From an uncultured Actinomycetota bacterium (GTDB taxonomy: Bacteria > Actinomycetota > Actinomycetes > DATJPE01), in NCBI GenBank assembly GCA_963820065.1, contig CAWFYM010000001.1, positions 168,767-232,766 of the forward strand: a stretch of DNA of 64,000 nucleotides, in the 5' to 3' direction. Below are positions 50,114 through 60,163 of this stretch, piece by piece; within the stretch, counting starts at the first letter, position 1; every line of letters starts with the position of its first letter. Both the position numbers and the translations under genes were made by a program. The notes under the pieces were generated by a model, which was not told the DNA's origin, did not search any database, and worked only from the letters and a program-made list of their open reading frames with translations.

Positions 50114-50779
50114 ATGGCCGAGCTGGTCTTCTTCACCGGGACGATGGACTGCGGCAAGTCCACCCTCGCGCTGCAGACCGACTACAACCATGCCTCTCGG
50201 GGGCGAGTCGGCCTGATCCTGACCTCGCGCGACCGGGCTGGCGAGGCCACACTGTCGAGCCGCCTAGGGCTGTCGGTGCCTGCGCTCGAGATTCGAGAGT
50301 CCACAAACCTCTGGGAGACCGTGACGCGTCGGCTCCAGACCGGCGAGCGCATCGACTACCTGATCGCCGACGAGGCCCAGTTCTACGAGCCTGCCCAGGT
50401 TGACGACCTCGCGCGGCTGGTCGATGACGTCGGCATCGACGTGTTCGCTTTCGGCATCACGACCGACTTCCGAACCGCACTGTTCCCGGGCTCCCGCCGA
50501 CTGCTCGAGCTCGCCGACCGGGTTCAGCTGCTCCAGGTCGAAGTGCTGTGCTGGTGCGGCGCGCGCGCGACCCACAACGCCCGCACGCTCGACGGGGTCA
50601 TGGTGGTCGAGGGCGACCAGGTGGTGGTGGGTGACACTGCGGCAGCGGGGGAGCGGACCGCCGAGGTCGGGTACGAGGTGTTGTGTCGAGCCCACCACCG
50701 ACGGCAGGTCACGGCCGCTTCAGCCCACGCGGCTGCGCTGAGCCCGGACGTGCTCCCGTTCGGTGCGCCGGGCGCCTAG
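50114..50779 (+). CDS. tdk: thymidine kinase
   Basis: MAELVFFTGTMDCGKSTLALQ (P-loop); zinc ribbon CWCGARATHNAR...CRAHH. RBS GGAGGAG. Confidence 0.9.
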   Translation: MAELVFFTGTMDCGKSTLALQTDYNHASRGRVGLILTSRDRAGEATLSSRLGLSVPALEIRESTNLWETVTRRLQTGERIDYLIADEAQFYEPAQVDDLARLVDDVGIDVFAFGITTDFRTALFPGSRRLLELADRVQLLQVEVLCWCGARATHNARTLDGVMVVEGDQVVVGDTAAAGERTAEVGYEVLCRAHHRRQVTAASAHAAALSPDVLPFGAPGA

Positions 50780-50808
50780 TCAGCGCCTATCGGTACTCCC
50801 GCATCCGG

Positions 50809-51909
50809 TCAGTCCTCGGGGCCGGAGCTGCCGCCGAACAGGATCTCGTCCCAGCTGGGCACCGAGGCGCGCCGCCCGGCTCGTTTGGGGGACCGGCCCG
50901 TGGTGGGGCGCAACGGGCTGTCCTTCTCGGCTTCTGGCGGCGACTCGGGTTCGGAGTCATCCATCGAGTCGGTGCCGTCCACGACAGCGCCGTGGTCGTC
51001 AGCGTCATCGGCCGGAGCCTCGATCGGCGGGGCATCGACGTCATCGTCGGTGGTGCTGAGGGTGGTGGTACTGAGGGTGGTGGTACTGAGGGTGGTGTCG
51101 CTGACATCGGTGTCGCTGGCGTCGGCGACATCGATGTCCCCATCGATGGCCCCATCGTCGACCACATCGGGCACGGCTGTGAGCCGCGGTGCCCCAGGGG
51201 AGGCCGGTGGGAATTCTGGGGCGTCTGAGTCATCTGGGTCGTCTGAGGCGGGATCGTTCTCAGAGGCGGCTGGGCCTGCTGGTGCGGTTGACGCCTTCTG
51301 TGACCGACCGCGCGACCCACGCTTCGGCTCGGGCACGGCGCGCTCGTCCCCGATGAGCCAGTCGGCCTCGTCGTCGTGGGGTTCGAGGGTCCGGCGCTGG
51401 TGGTCGAACAGCCAGGTCGCCGAGCGCTCCCGACCTCCGTGGACGTAGTCGAGCCGCACCGCCCAGCGGCCATCTTCGCGGCGTCGTGCGTCCCAGGCCA
51501 GGTCGTCGGGTTCGACTCCGCGGGCCCCGAGCCGCTCCAGCACCAGGGCATCGAGCTGGTGGGCCGCGGAATCGGTGACTCGACGAACGTTGGTGCGCTG
51601 GGCCAGATCGGCGATGTACCAGCGTTCTTGCAGCACCGGTCCCTCGAAGCGACGGATCCGCTCGACCGGGACCTGGGAGGCGATCGCGATCTCCTCGGCG
51701 GTCTGGCCGGCCCTGATGCGCGACTGGATCTCGCGGGGGGTCAACTGGTTCTCGAGCTCGATCTGCAGCTGGCCCAGACGCGCTCGATCACCCCGCATGG
51801 CCGCGTGCACGCGTTCGTCGAGCGGAAGACCGTACGGCGTGCCGTCGGTGCCTTCGAGCAGCAGGCGCGAGCCGTCGTCGCTCACGCCGAGCAGCCGTAG
51901 GTGCTCCAT
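50809..51909 (-). CDS. sepH: septation protein SepH (DUF3071)
   Basis: MEHLRLLGVSDDGSRLLLEGTDGTPYGLPLDERVHAAMRGD is the DUF3071 N-terminus. It has an acidic disordered middle with a (TTLST)3 tandem repeat and a conserved C-terminus RRASVPSWDEILFGG. The track ORF to 52065 is a 5' extension. Confidence 0.8.
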   Translation of the reverse strand: MEHLRLLGVSDDGSRLLLEGTDGTPYGLPLDERVHAAMRGDRARLGQLQIELENQLTPREIQSRIRAGQTAEEIAIASQVPVERIRRFEGPVLQERWYIADLAQRTNVRRVTDSAAHQLDALVLERLGARGVEPDDLAWDARRREDGRWAVRLDYVHGGRERSATWLFDHQRRTLEPHDDEADWLIGDERAVPEPKRGSRGRSQKASTAPAGPAASENDPASDDPDDSDAPEFPPASPGAPRLTAVPDVVDDGAIDGDIDVADASDTDVSDTTLSTTTLSTTTLSTTDDDVDAPPIEAPADDADDHGAVVDGTDSMDDSEPESPPEAEKDSPLRPTTGRSPKRAGRRASVPSWDEILFGGSSGPED

Positions 51910-52067
51910 GTGCCAGGCCTCCGCGATGCCGTCCGGACGGTGTGCCCCCGAGCCTACGCAGCCCAGCCGGGCCAACCGGGTAGATCGCCAGGTCAGCGAG
52001 CGGGTCGACACCGCAGGTACGGTCCTCTGGCGGCCCGACGGGCGCCGTAGCGCCGATCGGAGCACCT

Positions 52068-53096
52068 GTGAACCCCCGCACCCTCGCCGACCTACCCACC
52101 CCGGCCCTGCTGGTGGAGCGATCCCTGCTCGAGAACAACCTCGAGACGGCCGCGCGCGCCCTGCCCGGGCCGGCGCTGCGACCGCACGTGAAGGCGCACA
52201 AGTGCACCAGCTTGTCTCGGCTGCAGCGTGAGGTGGGGCATCCCGGGATCACGGCGGCCACGATCAAGGAGTGTGAGGGGCTGGCTGCGGAGGGGCTCGG
52301 GGAGGACTTGTTGCTCGCCAACGAGGTCCTGGACGCTCGGCGCCTCGGCGCCCTCGTCGAGGCGGGGCACCGCGTCACCCTCGCCGTCGACTCTGAGGAG
52401 ACCATCGAGGCCGCTCACCGCGGCGGGGTGCGCGAGGTGGTCATCGACGTCTGCGTCGACCTACCGCGGTGCGGGTGCCCACCGGAAGAGGCCGGTGATC
52501 TGGCCGCGTTGGCTCGTGGACGAGGGCTCGAAGTCCGCGGCGTCATGGGCTACGAGGGCCACCTGATGCTGTGGGCTGACGCTGAGGAGCGTCGGGGGCA
52601 CGTCGAAGCCTGCATGGCCAAGCTGCTGGCCGCCCACGACCTCGTCGGCGGCGAGCTCGTCACCGGTGCGGGTACGGGCACCTGGGCGGTCAACACCTGG
52701 GTGAACGAGGTGCAGGCGGGCTCGTACGCCTTGATGGACTCGGCCTACGCGAAGCTCCCGGACCTGCCATTCCAGACGGCACTCACCGTGCTCGGCACCG
52801 TCATCTCGGTCAACCCGGGCGGCGGCTGGGCCGTCGCTGACACGGGGCTGAAGGCTCAGGGGATGGATCACGGAGCACCCGACCCCGACTTCGGGGAGGC
52901 GTTCTCGCAGGTGTGGTTCGTCTCTGACGAGCACCTCACGTTCGCTCCGGTCGACCCGGGGGCCACCCGGGTGGGTGACCGGGTGCGGTATGTCCCCGCC
53001 CACGTCGACCCGACGATCGCCTATCACGAGCAGCTGTGGCTTGTAGACGGCGAGCAGGTGGTCGACCGCTGGCCCGTGGACCTGCGCGGCTGGTAG
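52068..53096 (+). CDS. alanine racemase N-terminal domain PLP-dependent enzyme (DSD1 / D-serine deaminase / D-threonine aldolase-like)
   Basis: ...LRPHVKAHKCTSL... carries the PLP-binding Lys context and a TIM-barrel N-terminal domain; about 340 aa. GTG start. Confidence 0.7.
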   Translation: MNPRTLADLPTPALLVERSLLENNLETAARALPGPALRPHVKAHKCTSLSRLQREVGHPGITAATIKECEGLAAEGLGEDLLLANEVLDARRLGALVEAGHRVTLAVDSEETIEAAHRGGVREVVIDVCVDLPRCGCPPEEAGDLAALARGRGLEVRGVMGYEGHLMLWADAEERRGHVEACMAKLLAAHDLVGGELVTGAGTGTWAVNTWVNEVQAGSYALMDSAYAKLPDLPFQTALTVLGTVISVNPGGGWAVADTGLKAQGMDHGAPDPDFGEAFSQVWFVSDEHLTFAPVDPGATRVGDRVRYVPAHVDPTIAYHEQLWLVDGEQVVDRWPVDLRGW

Positions 53097-53144
53097 CGGA
53101 AACGCTTCAGAGCCGACGCTCGCCGATCGCGACAGGCGTCTGTG

Positions 53145-54431
53145 CTAACCGAAGACCTGCTCGGTGTAGGCGTTGGCGAAGGTGCGGTCTGGGTCGACCT
53201 CCTGGCGTACGGCCTGCCAGTCGGCCCAGTGCGGGTAGAGCGGGGCGAGCTGTTCGGCGGTGCGGGTGTGCAGCTTGCCCCAGTGTGGCCGACCCAGATA
53301 GTCGGTCATCAGGCGTTCGACCTCGCGGAAGTAGGGGTCCGTGGCGGTGCGCTGGAAGACGTGGCACGCGATGTAGCACGTGTCCCGGTCCTGCGCGGTC
53401 GACAACCAGACCTCGTCGGCAGGCGAGGTCCGTACCTCGATCGGGAAAGAGATCGTCCACGCGGACCTCTCGATGAGCGCCTTCAGCTCGCGCAGCGCTG
53501 CCACGGCCGCCGAGCGCGGGACGGCGTACTCCATCTCGTAGAAGCGGACCCTCCGGGGCGTCGCGAAGACCTCGAAGGACTTCGTCGTATAGGTCCGTGC
53601 GGTCAAGGCGCGCGACGAGACCCTGTTGACGAGGGGGACGACCCGGGGTGCGGCCCGACCGATCCGGTTCACGGCTCCGAAGATGGTGTTGGACAGCAGT
53701 TCGTCGTCGAGCCAGCGGCGGGCGTCGGACAGCGGGCGCGGTGGGCCAGCAGCGCGATTGTTGCGCTTCACCTGGCAGCCATCGGTGTGAGGGAACCAGT
53801 AGAACTCCCAGTGGTCGTTGTCGGCGCTGAATGCGTCGAAGGAGTCGATGACGGCGTCCCACCGCATCGGCTCTTCTCTGGCGTCGAGCAGGAAGGCGGG
53901 CTCGGTCTGCAGCGTGACCGCAGTGACCACCCCGAGGGCTCCTACTGACACGCGTGCGGCCTCGAACAGTGGGTCGCCGGGACCAACCGTCCGCACCGAG
54001 CCATCAGCCAGCACGATCTCGAGCCCCCGGACGAACGCGGCAAGCCCGGCGGAGGCTCGACCCGTGCCGTGGGTCGAGGTACTGATGGCTCCCATGACGG
54101 TCTGGGCGTCGATGTCGCCCATGTTGGTCAGCGCCAGCCCGTTGTCGTCGAGCGCCTTCGACAAGGCCTGCAACGTCATCCCGTGCTCCACGGTGACGAG
54201 CCCCGTCGTGCGGTCGATGGAGCGGACACCGGTCATCCCGAGTGGCGACAGCTGGACGCCTTCACTGGCTGCGGCGGCGGTGAACGAGTGACCGCTCCCG
54301 ACCGCCTTCACCGGCAGGCCGCCGCGGACAGCCGCGGTCACCGCGGCGACGGTCTCCTCGACCGAGCGCGGGGCCATGACTCGGGCCGGATGGGCCACTT
54401 GGTTGCCCGCCCAGTTGCGCCAACGCGTCAT
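53145..54431 (-). CDS. FAD-linked oxidase (D-arabinono-1,4-lactone oxidase / L-gulonolactone oxidase family)
   Basis: [31 protein letters not shown]...GSGHSF is an FAD-binding PCMH domain; the C-terminal ALO domain has HWGK. ATG overlaps the stop of the upstream MFS gene (ATGA). Confidence 0.8.
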   Translation of the reverse strand: MTRWRNWAGNQVAHPARVMAPRSVEETVAAVTAAVRGGLPVKAVGSGHSFTAAAASEGVQLSPLGMTGVRSIDRTTGLVTVEHGMTLQALSKALDDNGLALTNMGDIDAQTVMGAISTSTHGTGRASAGLAAFVRGLEIVLADGSVRTVGPGDPLFEAARVSVGALGVVTAVTLQTEPAFLLDAREEPMRWDAVIDSFDAFSADNDHWEFYWFPHTDGCQVKRNNRAAGPPRPLSDARRWLDDELLSNTIFGAVNRIGRAAPRVVPLVNRVSSRALTARTYTTKSFEVFATPRRVRFYEMEYAVPRSAAVAALRELKALIERSAWTISFPIEVRTSPADEVWLSTAQDRDTCYIACHVFQRTATDPYFREVERLMTDYLGRPHWGKLHTRTAEQLAPLYPHWADWQAVRQEVDPDRTFANAYTEQVFG

Positions 54432-55627
54432 GCGAGCTCCTTGGTGGACGTGGGAATGAGCAGCCGCCACCCGAGCAGGGCGCATGCGGCCGTGACGAGG
54501 CCGCACCCGGCCGCCACCAGATAGGCCGGGCGCGGCCCGACTTCGTCGATGAGCCACCCCGACAGCGCCGCGCTGAGCGCGACGCCGAGCGCGATGCCTG
54601 TGGACAACCAGGTCAGCGACTCAGTGAGCCGATCCGCCGGGGCCAGCTCCTCGACCAGGGCGAAGCCGACGATCAGGGTCGGGGCGATGGCCAGGCCGCA
54701 GATCACGGCGGTGGCGCCGAGCACCGTCAGCGAGCCCGAGGCCACGAAGAACAGCGGGGTCAAGGTCGCCATGGCGAGGCTGCCGATGAGCATCTGCCGG
54801 CGGAGGGGCATGTCTGAGTGGCGCCAGCCGTACGTCAGCCCGGCGACCATGCTCCCGAACGCGTAGAGCGCCAGGAGCACCCCGGCCGCCGGCAGTCGGT
54901 CGAGCTCGTCGGCCCGGGCGATGGTGACGACCTCGACGCAGCCGAAGATGCCTCCGAGGGAGATCATGATCGCGAGCAGCACGCGCAGCCATGGCTCGCG
55001 CAGCGCGGATCCGGTCGAGGTCGTGACCCGGACCACGATCGGCGGTTCGGAGCGTCGTTGGCTGACGAACAGCAGCCCGCCGAACACCCCGATCGCAGCC
55101 ACGCCGAGCAGTGCCGTGGGCGCACCCAGGTGCACTGCGGCGATCGTGACGGCCGGCGGGCCGATGACGAAGATGACCTCGTCGAGCACCGACTCCCAGG
55201 AGTACGCCGTCCGCAGGATCGGCCCCCCGCCGACGGCCGTCGACCAGCGTGACCGAACCAGCGAGCCGATGGTCGGTTCGGCCCCGGCCACGATGGCGGC
55301 GATGAACAGCGTCCACGCGGGAGCCTGAGACCCGGCCAGGATCACGATCGCGCACAGCCCCGACGCGAAGATTGCCAGCTGGGGGACGGTTACCCGGCGC
55401 TGGCCGTGGCGGTCGACCAGCCGAGAGAACTGCGGGCTGATGAGCGCAAACGCGATGCCGGCCGTGGCGGCAACGGCTCCGGCCAGGGCGTACGACCCGG
55501 AGCCGGCTTCGACCACGAGCACGATGCCGATCCCGATCATCGAGATGGGCAGCCGCGCGACGAAACCGCTGGCGGTGAAGGCCACGGTGCCGGGGTGCCG
55601 GAACAGCGCGGCGTACGGGTTCGGCAC
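54428..55627 (-). CDS. MFS transporter
   Basis: 12-TM MFS architecture. Start GTG at 55627 was chosen to avoid overlap with divergent hemH. An alternative ATG at 55705 has a strong RBS (GAAGGA) but would overlap hemH by 26 nt. Confidence 0.65.
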   Translation of the reverse strand: MPNPYAALFRHPGTVAFTASGFVARLPISMIGIGIVLVVEAGSGSYALAGAVAATAGIAFALISPQFSRLVDRHGQRRVTVPQLAIFASGLCAIVILAGSQAPAWTLFIAAIVAGAEPTIGSLVRSRWSTAVGGGPILRTAYSWESVLDEVIFVIGPPAVTIAAVHLGAPTALLGVAAIGVFGGLLFVSQRRSEPPIVVRVTTSTGSALREPWLRVLLAIMISLGGIFGCVEVVTIARADELDRLPAAGVLLALYAFGSMVAGLTYGWRHSDMPLRRQMLIGSLAMATLTPLFFVASGSLTVLGATAVICGLAIAPTLIVGFALVEELAPADRLTESLTWLSTGIALGVALSAALSGWLIDEVGPRPAYLVAAGCGLVTAACALLGWRLLIPTSTKELA

Positions 55628-55679
55628 CCGCTCAATGTACGGGCGAGCAGGGACGGCCCGGGTGGGGCAGGATCGATCC

Positions 55680-56768
55680 GTGAGCCGGGGCCCGTACGAC
55701 GCCATCCTGCTGGTTTCCTTCGGCGGTCCCGAGGGGCCTGATGACGTGCTGCCGTTCCTGGAGAACGTGACCCGCGGTCGCGGCATCCCTGCCGAACGTC
55801 TGCGGCAGGTCGGTGCCCACTACGACCACTTCGGGGGCGTGAGTCCGATCAACGCTCAGAACCGAGCGTTGCTCGAGGCGCTACGGAGCGACCTGGACGC
55901 GCACGCGATCGACTTGCCCGTCTACTGGGGCAACCGCAACTGGGCTCCTTACCTGGACGATGCGTTGGCTTGCATGGCCGAGGACGGCGTGAGACGCGCC
56001 TTGTGCTTCGTCACCTCCGCGTACTCGTCGTACTCGGGGTGCCGCCAATACCGGGAGAACCTGTTCGACGCCCGGCAGCGATCCGTGGAGGCCGGCGCAG
56101 CGTCAGCCGGGATCGTCTTGGACAAGATCCGTCCGTATTTCGACCATCCGGGCTTCGTCGAGCCGATGGTCGACGCGACTGTCGCAGCGCTGGAGTTGCT
56201 TCCCGAAGCGCTACGGGCCGGTGCGGCTCTGGTCTTCACGACCCACTCCATCCCCACGGCGCAGGCCGTCAGCAGCGGTCCCGAGGGGGGCGCCTACGTC
56301 GCCCAGCACCTGGAGGCGTCCCGGATCGTGGCCGCGGCCGTCGCCGAGCGCACGGGGATCAGCGGCCGGCGCCACGATCTGGTGTTCCAATCCCGCTCGG
56401 GCTCGCCGTCCGTGCCATGGCTCGAACCGGATGTGGGGGATCACCTCGAGGACCTGGCCTCCTCTGGGGTCGCGGCTGCGGTCATGGTGCCGATCGGGTT
56501 CGTGTCCGACCACGTCGAGGTGCTCTGGGACCTCGACACCGAGGCCCGGCAGCGTGCGGACAGCCTCGGGATGGCGGTGACCCGCGCCGCCACCCCCGGC
56601 ACGGACCCGAGGTTCGTCGCGATGATCCGCGAGCTGGTGCTCGAAAGGGCCGACGGCGAGCGCGCCCGCTCGCTGTCTGAGCGAGGAGCGATGTGGGACG
56701 TGTGCGCAGCCAGGTGCTGCCCGAACCCGCGTGGCGCCCGGCCGGCCGTCTCGGAGCTCCCGTCGTGA
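55680..56768 (+). CDS. hemH: ferrochelatase (coproporphyrin ferrochelatase type)
   Basis: [25 protein letters not shown]...; conserved His/Glu region ([22 protein letters not shown]). The start is GTG at 55680; an alternative ATG is at 55636. Confidence 0.85.
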   Translation: MSRGPYDAILLVSFGGPEGPDDVLPFLENVTRGRGIPAERLRQVGAHYDHFGGVSPINAQNRALLEALRSDLDAHAIDLPVYWGNRNWAPYLDDALACMAEDGVRRALCFVTSAYSSYSGCRQYRENLFDARQRSVEAGAASAGIVLDKIRPYFDHPGFVEPMVDATVAALELLPEALRAGAALVFTTHSIPTAQAVSSGPEGGAYVAQHLEASRIVAAAVAERTGISGRRHDLVFQSRSGSPSVPWLEPDVGDHLEDLASSGVAAAVMVPIGFVSDHVEVLWDLDTEARQRADSLGMAVTRAATPGTDPRFVAMIRELVLERADGERARSLSERGAMWDVCAARCCPNPRGARPAVSELPS

Positions 56769-57640
56769 CCGAGGGCGGCACGCCGGTCGATCCGGTCGAT
56801 CCGGGATCGGGCTCTCCGGCTGACCCCGACGAGCTGCTGGCGATGGCCCTCGAGATGGCGCGCGAAGCGGGCGCGCTGCTCCTGGAGCGCCGGCGGACCG
56901 CGGTCCGGTTCTCGACCAAGTCGACTCCGACCGACGTCGTCACCGAGTCGGACACGGCCGCCGAGGCCTTGTTGGTGAGCCGCATCACGGCGCAGCGGCC
57001 CGGTGACGGTCTGCTGGGTGAGGAAGGAGCCGCTCGCGCCAGCCGTACGGGCCTGCGCTGGGTCGTCGATCCACTCGACGGCACGGTCAACTACCTCTAC
57101 GACCTCGCGGGGTGGTCGGTCTCGATCGCTGTCGAGGACGGTGCTGGAGCGCTCGTCGGAGTCGTGCACGATCCGAGCGCGGGGGAGACCTTCTGGGCCA
57201 CTCGCGGGGGTGGCGCATTTCGCGACGGTGCCCCCATCCACCCGTCGGGCTGCAGCCGTCTCGACCAGGCGCTCCTGGCCACGGGTTTCGGCTATGACGC
57301 TCGCCGTCGCGTCGTCCAGGCGGCCTGGGTGGCGCGGGTGCTGCCGGTCGTCCGCGACATCCGCCGGCTCGGGTCGGCCGCTCTCGATCTGTGCCGAGTC
57401 GCCAGCGGCCGGGTCGACGCGTTCGCGGAGCAGGGTCTGGCGGCCTGGGACGGCGCAGCCGGGGGACTGATCGCCGCCGAGGCCGGAGCCACCGTCGGGG
57501 GCCTGCGCGGCCAGATCGCCGGTCCCCGGTTGTTCGTGGCAGCCGCTCCAGGGATCTGGACGTCCTTGCACGAGCTGCTGGTCAGCGTGGACGCGGACGT
57601 CGACCCGCTCGATCCCTCGCCCTCGGGGTCTGCCCCGTGA
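56765..57640 (+). CDS. inositol monophosphatase family protein (SuhB/ImpA/histidinol-phosphatase-like)
   Basis: GTG overlaps the hemH stop (GTGA). IMPase motifs WVVDPLDGT, ...GWSVSIAV..., ...DAFAEQGL... are present. Confidence 0.8.
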   Translation: MTEGGTPVDPVDPGSGSPADPDELLAMALEMAREAGALLLERRRTAVRFSTKSTPTDVVTESDTAAEALLVSRITAQRPGDGLLGEEGAARASRTGLRWVVDPLDGTVNYLYDLAGWSVSIAVEDGAGALVGVVHDPSAGETFWATRGGGAFRDGAPIHPSGCSRLDQALLATGFGYDARRRVVQAAWVARVLPVVRDIRRLGSAALDLCRVASGRVDAFAEQGLAAWDGAAGGLIAAEAGATVGGLRGQIAGPRLFVAAAPGIWTSLHELLVSVDADVDPLDPSPSGSAP

Positions 57641-57730
57641 CGCACCCACGGTCTCGCTACGCGGTCGGGGTGGTGGCCAAGGCGTTCATCACCGGGCGTC
57701 GCCTGGCGCCGGATGTCGTGTGGGACGCCT

Positions 57731-58288
57731 TCATCCGTCGCGCGTGGCCCACGCCGCACTGACGTCGTCGTCGTCCAGGCGCTGGAGTCCCGCTCGATAG
57801 AGCGGCCCGTTGGCCACGTAGGTCTCCACTGAATGGGCGAAGGCCTCGGCGGCTACGGCGTCGGGCCTGATCCGCGCTGGGACGCCCAGAGCCATGGCTC
57901 GTTCGGGCACCTCCGTGCCCGGTGAGACGACCGCACCGGCCCCGACCAGGGCGCCGGAGCGGACGATCACCCGGTGAAGCAGCACCGATCCGGAGCCGAC
58001 CAGGCAGTCGTCCTCCACGGTGCACCCCTCGAGGTGGGCGCGGTGCCCCACGACACATCGGGAGCCGATGAGGGTGGGGAGCTCGCTGGTGCAGTGCACG
58101 ACGGTGCCGTCCTGCACGGACGTACGGTCGCCGACCCGGATCCATCCGTGGTCGCCGCGCAGCACCGCGGTCGGCCAGATCGTCGAGCCGGCGCCGATGG
58201 TCACCCGACCGATGACGACCGCGTCCGGATGAACCCAGGCCTCGGGATGGATCCGAGGCAGGTGTTCGCCGAGGGCGTAGATCGGCAT
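57731..58288 (-). CDS. gamma carbonic anhydrase family protein (hexapeptide-repeat, CaiE/PaaY/YrdA-like)
   Basis: ATG after GAAGGAG. MPIYALGEHLPRIHPEAWVHPDAVVIGRVTIGAGSTIWPTAVLRGDHG... has a left-handed beta-helix and His ligands. The track ORF to 58639 is a junk extension. Confidence 0.8.
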   Translation of the reverse strand: MPIYALGEHLPRIHPEAWVHPDAVVIGRVTIGAGSTIWPTAVLRGDHGWIRVGDRTSVQDGTVVHCTSELPTLIGSRCVVGHRAHLEGCTVEDDCLVGSGSVLLHRVIVRSGALVGAGAVVSPGTEVPERAMALGVPARIRPDAVAAEAFAHSVETYVANGPLYRAGLQRLDDDDVSAAWATRDG

Positions 58289-58632
58289 CGGATCTCCTTC
58301 GCGGTCCCGTTCGTTCACCTGCTGGACGGCCCTGTGCCATCGAAACGTCGTTCCGTCGATGCCCTGGTGACGTATTTCTGACCCGTTCAGGGTCGCACCT
58401 GGCGTATCGGCGAGACGTAGCGGGTCAGGTAGGGCACAATCCGCCCTCCAACGGGCATACAACCCGCTCCTGCGGTGTTGTGCCGCCGGAACGGTGCGCG
58501 GAGGAACGTTTTCAGGCTTCAGACTGCTACGGCCGAGCACCATCCAGCAGGGCCCGCACCACCCCACGAGCACACCAGCACAACCCGCACGGCACGTGAC
58601 GGGGCGAGACGACTTCAAGCCCGGAGGTTTCG

Positions 58633-58932
58633 GTGGCAACCGACTACGACACCCCCCGCAAGACCGACGACGAGCTCAACGAGGACAGCATCGAGGAGCT
58701 CAAGGCCCGTCGCGCAGACGCCAGCTCCGGAGCCGTCGACGTCGACGAGACCGAGCTCGCGGAGAACCTCGAGCTGCCCGGCGCCGACCTGTCCAACGAG
58801 GAGCTCTCGGTGCGGGTGCTCCCGCGGCAGTCCGATGAGTTCACGTGCTCCCGGTGCTTCCTGGTCCACCACCGCACCCAGCTGGCCAGCGCGAAGAAGG
58901 GTCAGCTCATCTGCCGGGAGTGCGCAGCCTGA
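58633..58932 (+). CDS. DUF4193 domain-containing protein
   Basis: (V)ATDYDTPRKTDDELNEDSIEELKARR... ending ...EFTCSRCFLVHHRTQLASAKKGQLICRECAA. GTG after GGAGG. Conserved actinobacterial family near dut. Confidence 0.75.
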   Translation: MATDYDTPRKTDDELNEDSIEELKARRADASSGAVDVDETELAENLELPGADLSNEELSVRVLPRQSDEFTCSRCFLVHHRTQLASAKKGQLICRECAA

Positions 58933-58952
58933 GAGGGGGAAGGCTCACGTCC

Positions 58953-59861
58953 ATGTCCCGGATCTCGCGCCTTCGCCGCTCCCGCCCCGATGAGTTCTCC
59001 GGGGTCGGCGCGAAGCCCGCAGGAGATGACGGGTGGTCGGCTGACGACGATGCCCAGCTGGGGGAGCTGCTCGGCCGGTTTGCGGTCTCCGCGGAGGACG
59101 GCGAGATCGGCTCCTCCGACGACCGGCTGGTGTTCGTGTGGGCCCAGGTGGCTGCGGCGCTCCTGCGCTCCGGGCGTTCGGCTGGGGCAGCGGCGATCAC
59201 GAGCGGCCGCTGGATGGCCGACCAGCTGATCAGCGCGGCGCCGCACCTTCCGGTCCGCGATCTGCCGACGCTGAGATCGCACTACCGAGACCTGCAAGGC
59301 GACGAACTCGCGGATGCCCTGGTGCGCAATGCCGTGCTGGCCACGTCGGGCGTCGGGATCGCGGGAGGGGCGCTGTCGGCGGTCAAGTGGTTCGCGCCGG
59401 TGACACTCGTGACCGTTCCCCTGCAGATCGCGGTCGAGTCGTTGGCCGTGGCTGCGGTTGAGATCAAGCTCGTGGGTGAGCTGCACGAGATCTACGGCGT
59501 CCCGGTCCGCGGGACACCGACCCAGCGTGGGCTTGCCTACTCCACGGCGTGGGCCAACCGTCGTGGTGTCACCTCGCTCGACCCGTCCGTCCTCCCCGTC
59601 GGGCTTGGCCTCGTCGCCCGACAGCGCATCCAGCGCAGGCTCCTGGTGAGCGTCGGGCGCGGGACAGGCACGGTGGCTCCGATGCTGCTCGGCGCGGCGT
59701 ACGGCGGATGGGTCAACCACCGCACGACCCAGTCGCTCGCCGATGTCCTTCGGGCCGACCTTCGCCGGGGGCGGCCGCTGACCGGGGGGCTGGCTGGCCG
59801 GATCGCGCACGGGGTGCTGTCCTCGGAGCCTCGGCCGCCGGCGTCAAACCCCAGTCGGTAG
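58953..59861 (+). CDS. hypothetical protein (302 aa; no recognised family)
   Basis: ATG after GAGAGGGGGAAGG. MSRISRLRRSRPDEFSGVGAKPAGDDGWSADDDAQLGELLGRF... Its central hydrophobic segment AVLATSGVGIAGGALSAVKWFAPVTLVTVPLQIAVESLAVAAVEIKLV suggests membrane association. High GC3. Confidence 0.5.
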   Translation: MSRISRLRRSRPDEFSGVGAKPAGDDGWSADDDAQLGELLGRFAVSAEDGEIGSSDDRLVFVWAQVAAALLRSGRSAGAAAITSGRWMADQLISAAPHLPVRDLPTLRSHYRDLQGDELADALVRNAVLATSGVGIAGGALSAVKWFAPVTLVTVPLQIAVESLAVAAVEIKLVGELHEIYGVPVRGTPTQRGLAYSTAWANRRGVTSLDPSVLPVGLGLVARQRIQRRLLVSVGRGTGTVAPMLLGAAYGGWVNHRTTQSLADVLRADLRRGRPLTGGLAGRIAHGVLSSEPRPPASNPSR

Positions 59862-59920
59862 GGTCGTCCAAGACGTCCGGCCGATCGCTCGCCGGTCCAC
59901 GAACGAGGAGGGGTGCCACC

Positions 59921-60163
59921 ATGGCCAGCTCGAAGGCGAACACCGCAGTCTTCGCGGTGACGGCCATCGTGGCGACCCCGATCGCCCGCAAGCTGACCAC
60001 GGTGGTCTGGACGGCGGCGACCGGTAAGGCCTCGCCGGAGAGCGTCGATGATCCGGACGAGCGACTGGGTGAGGCCGTGGCCTTCGCGGTCTTGGCCGGA
60101 GCGACCGCGGGGCTTATCCGGATGTTGCTCAACCGCAACGCCCGCAAGCTCCTCGGCGCCTGA
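59921..60163 (+). CDS. DUF4235 domain-containing protein
   Basis: MASSKANTAVFAVTAIVATPIARKLTTVVWTAATGKASPESVDDPDERLGEAVAFAVLAGATAGLIRMLLNRNARKLLGA. RBS GAGGAGGGG. The track ORF from 59549 is a junk extension. Confidence 0.7.
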   Translation: MASSKANTAVFAVTAIVATPIARKLTTVVWTAATGKASPESVDDPDERLGEAVAFAVLAGATAGLIRMLLNRNARKLLGA

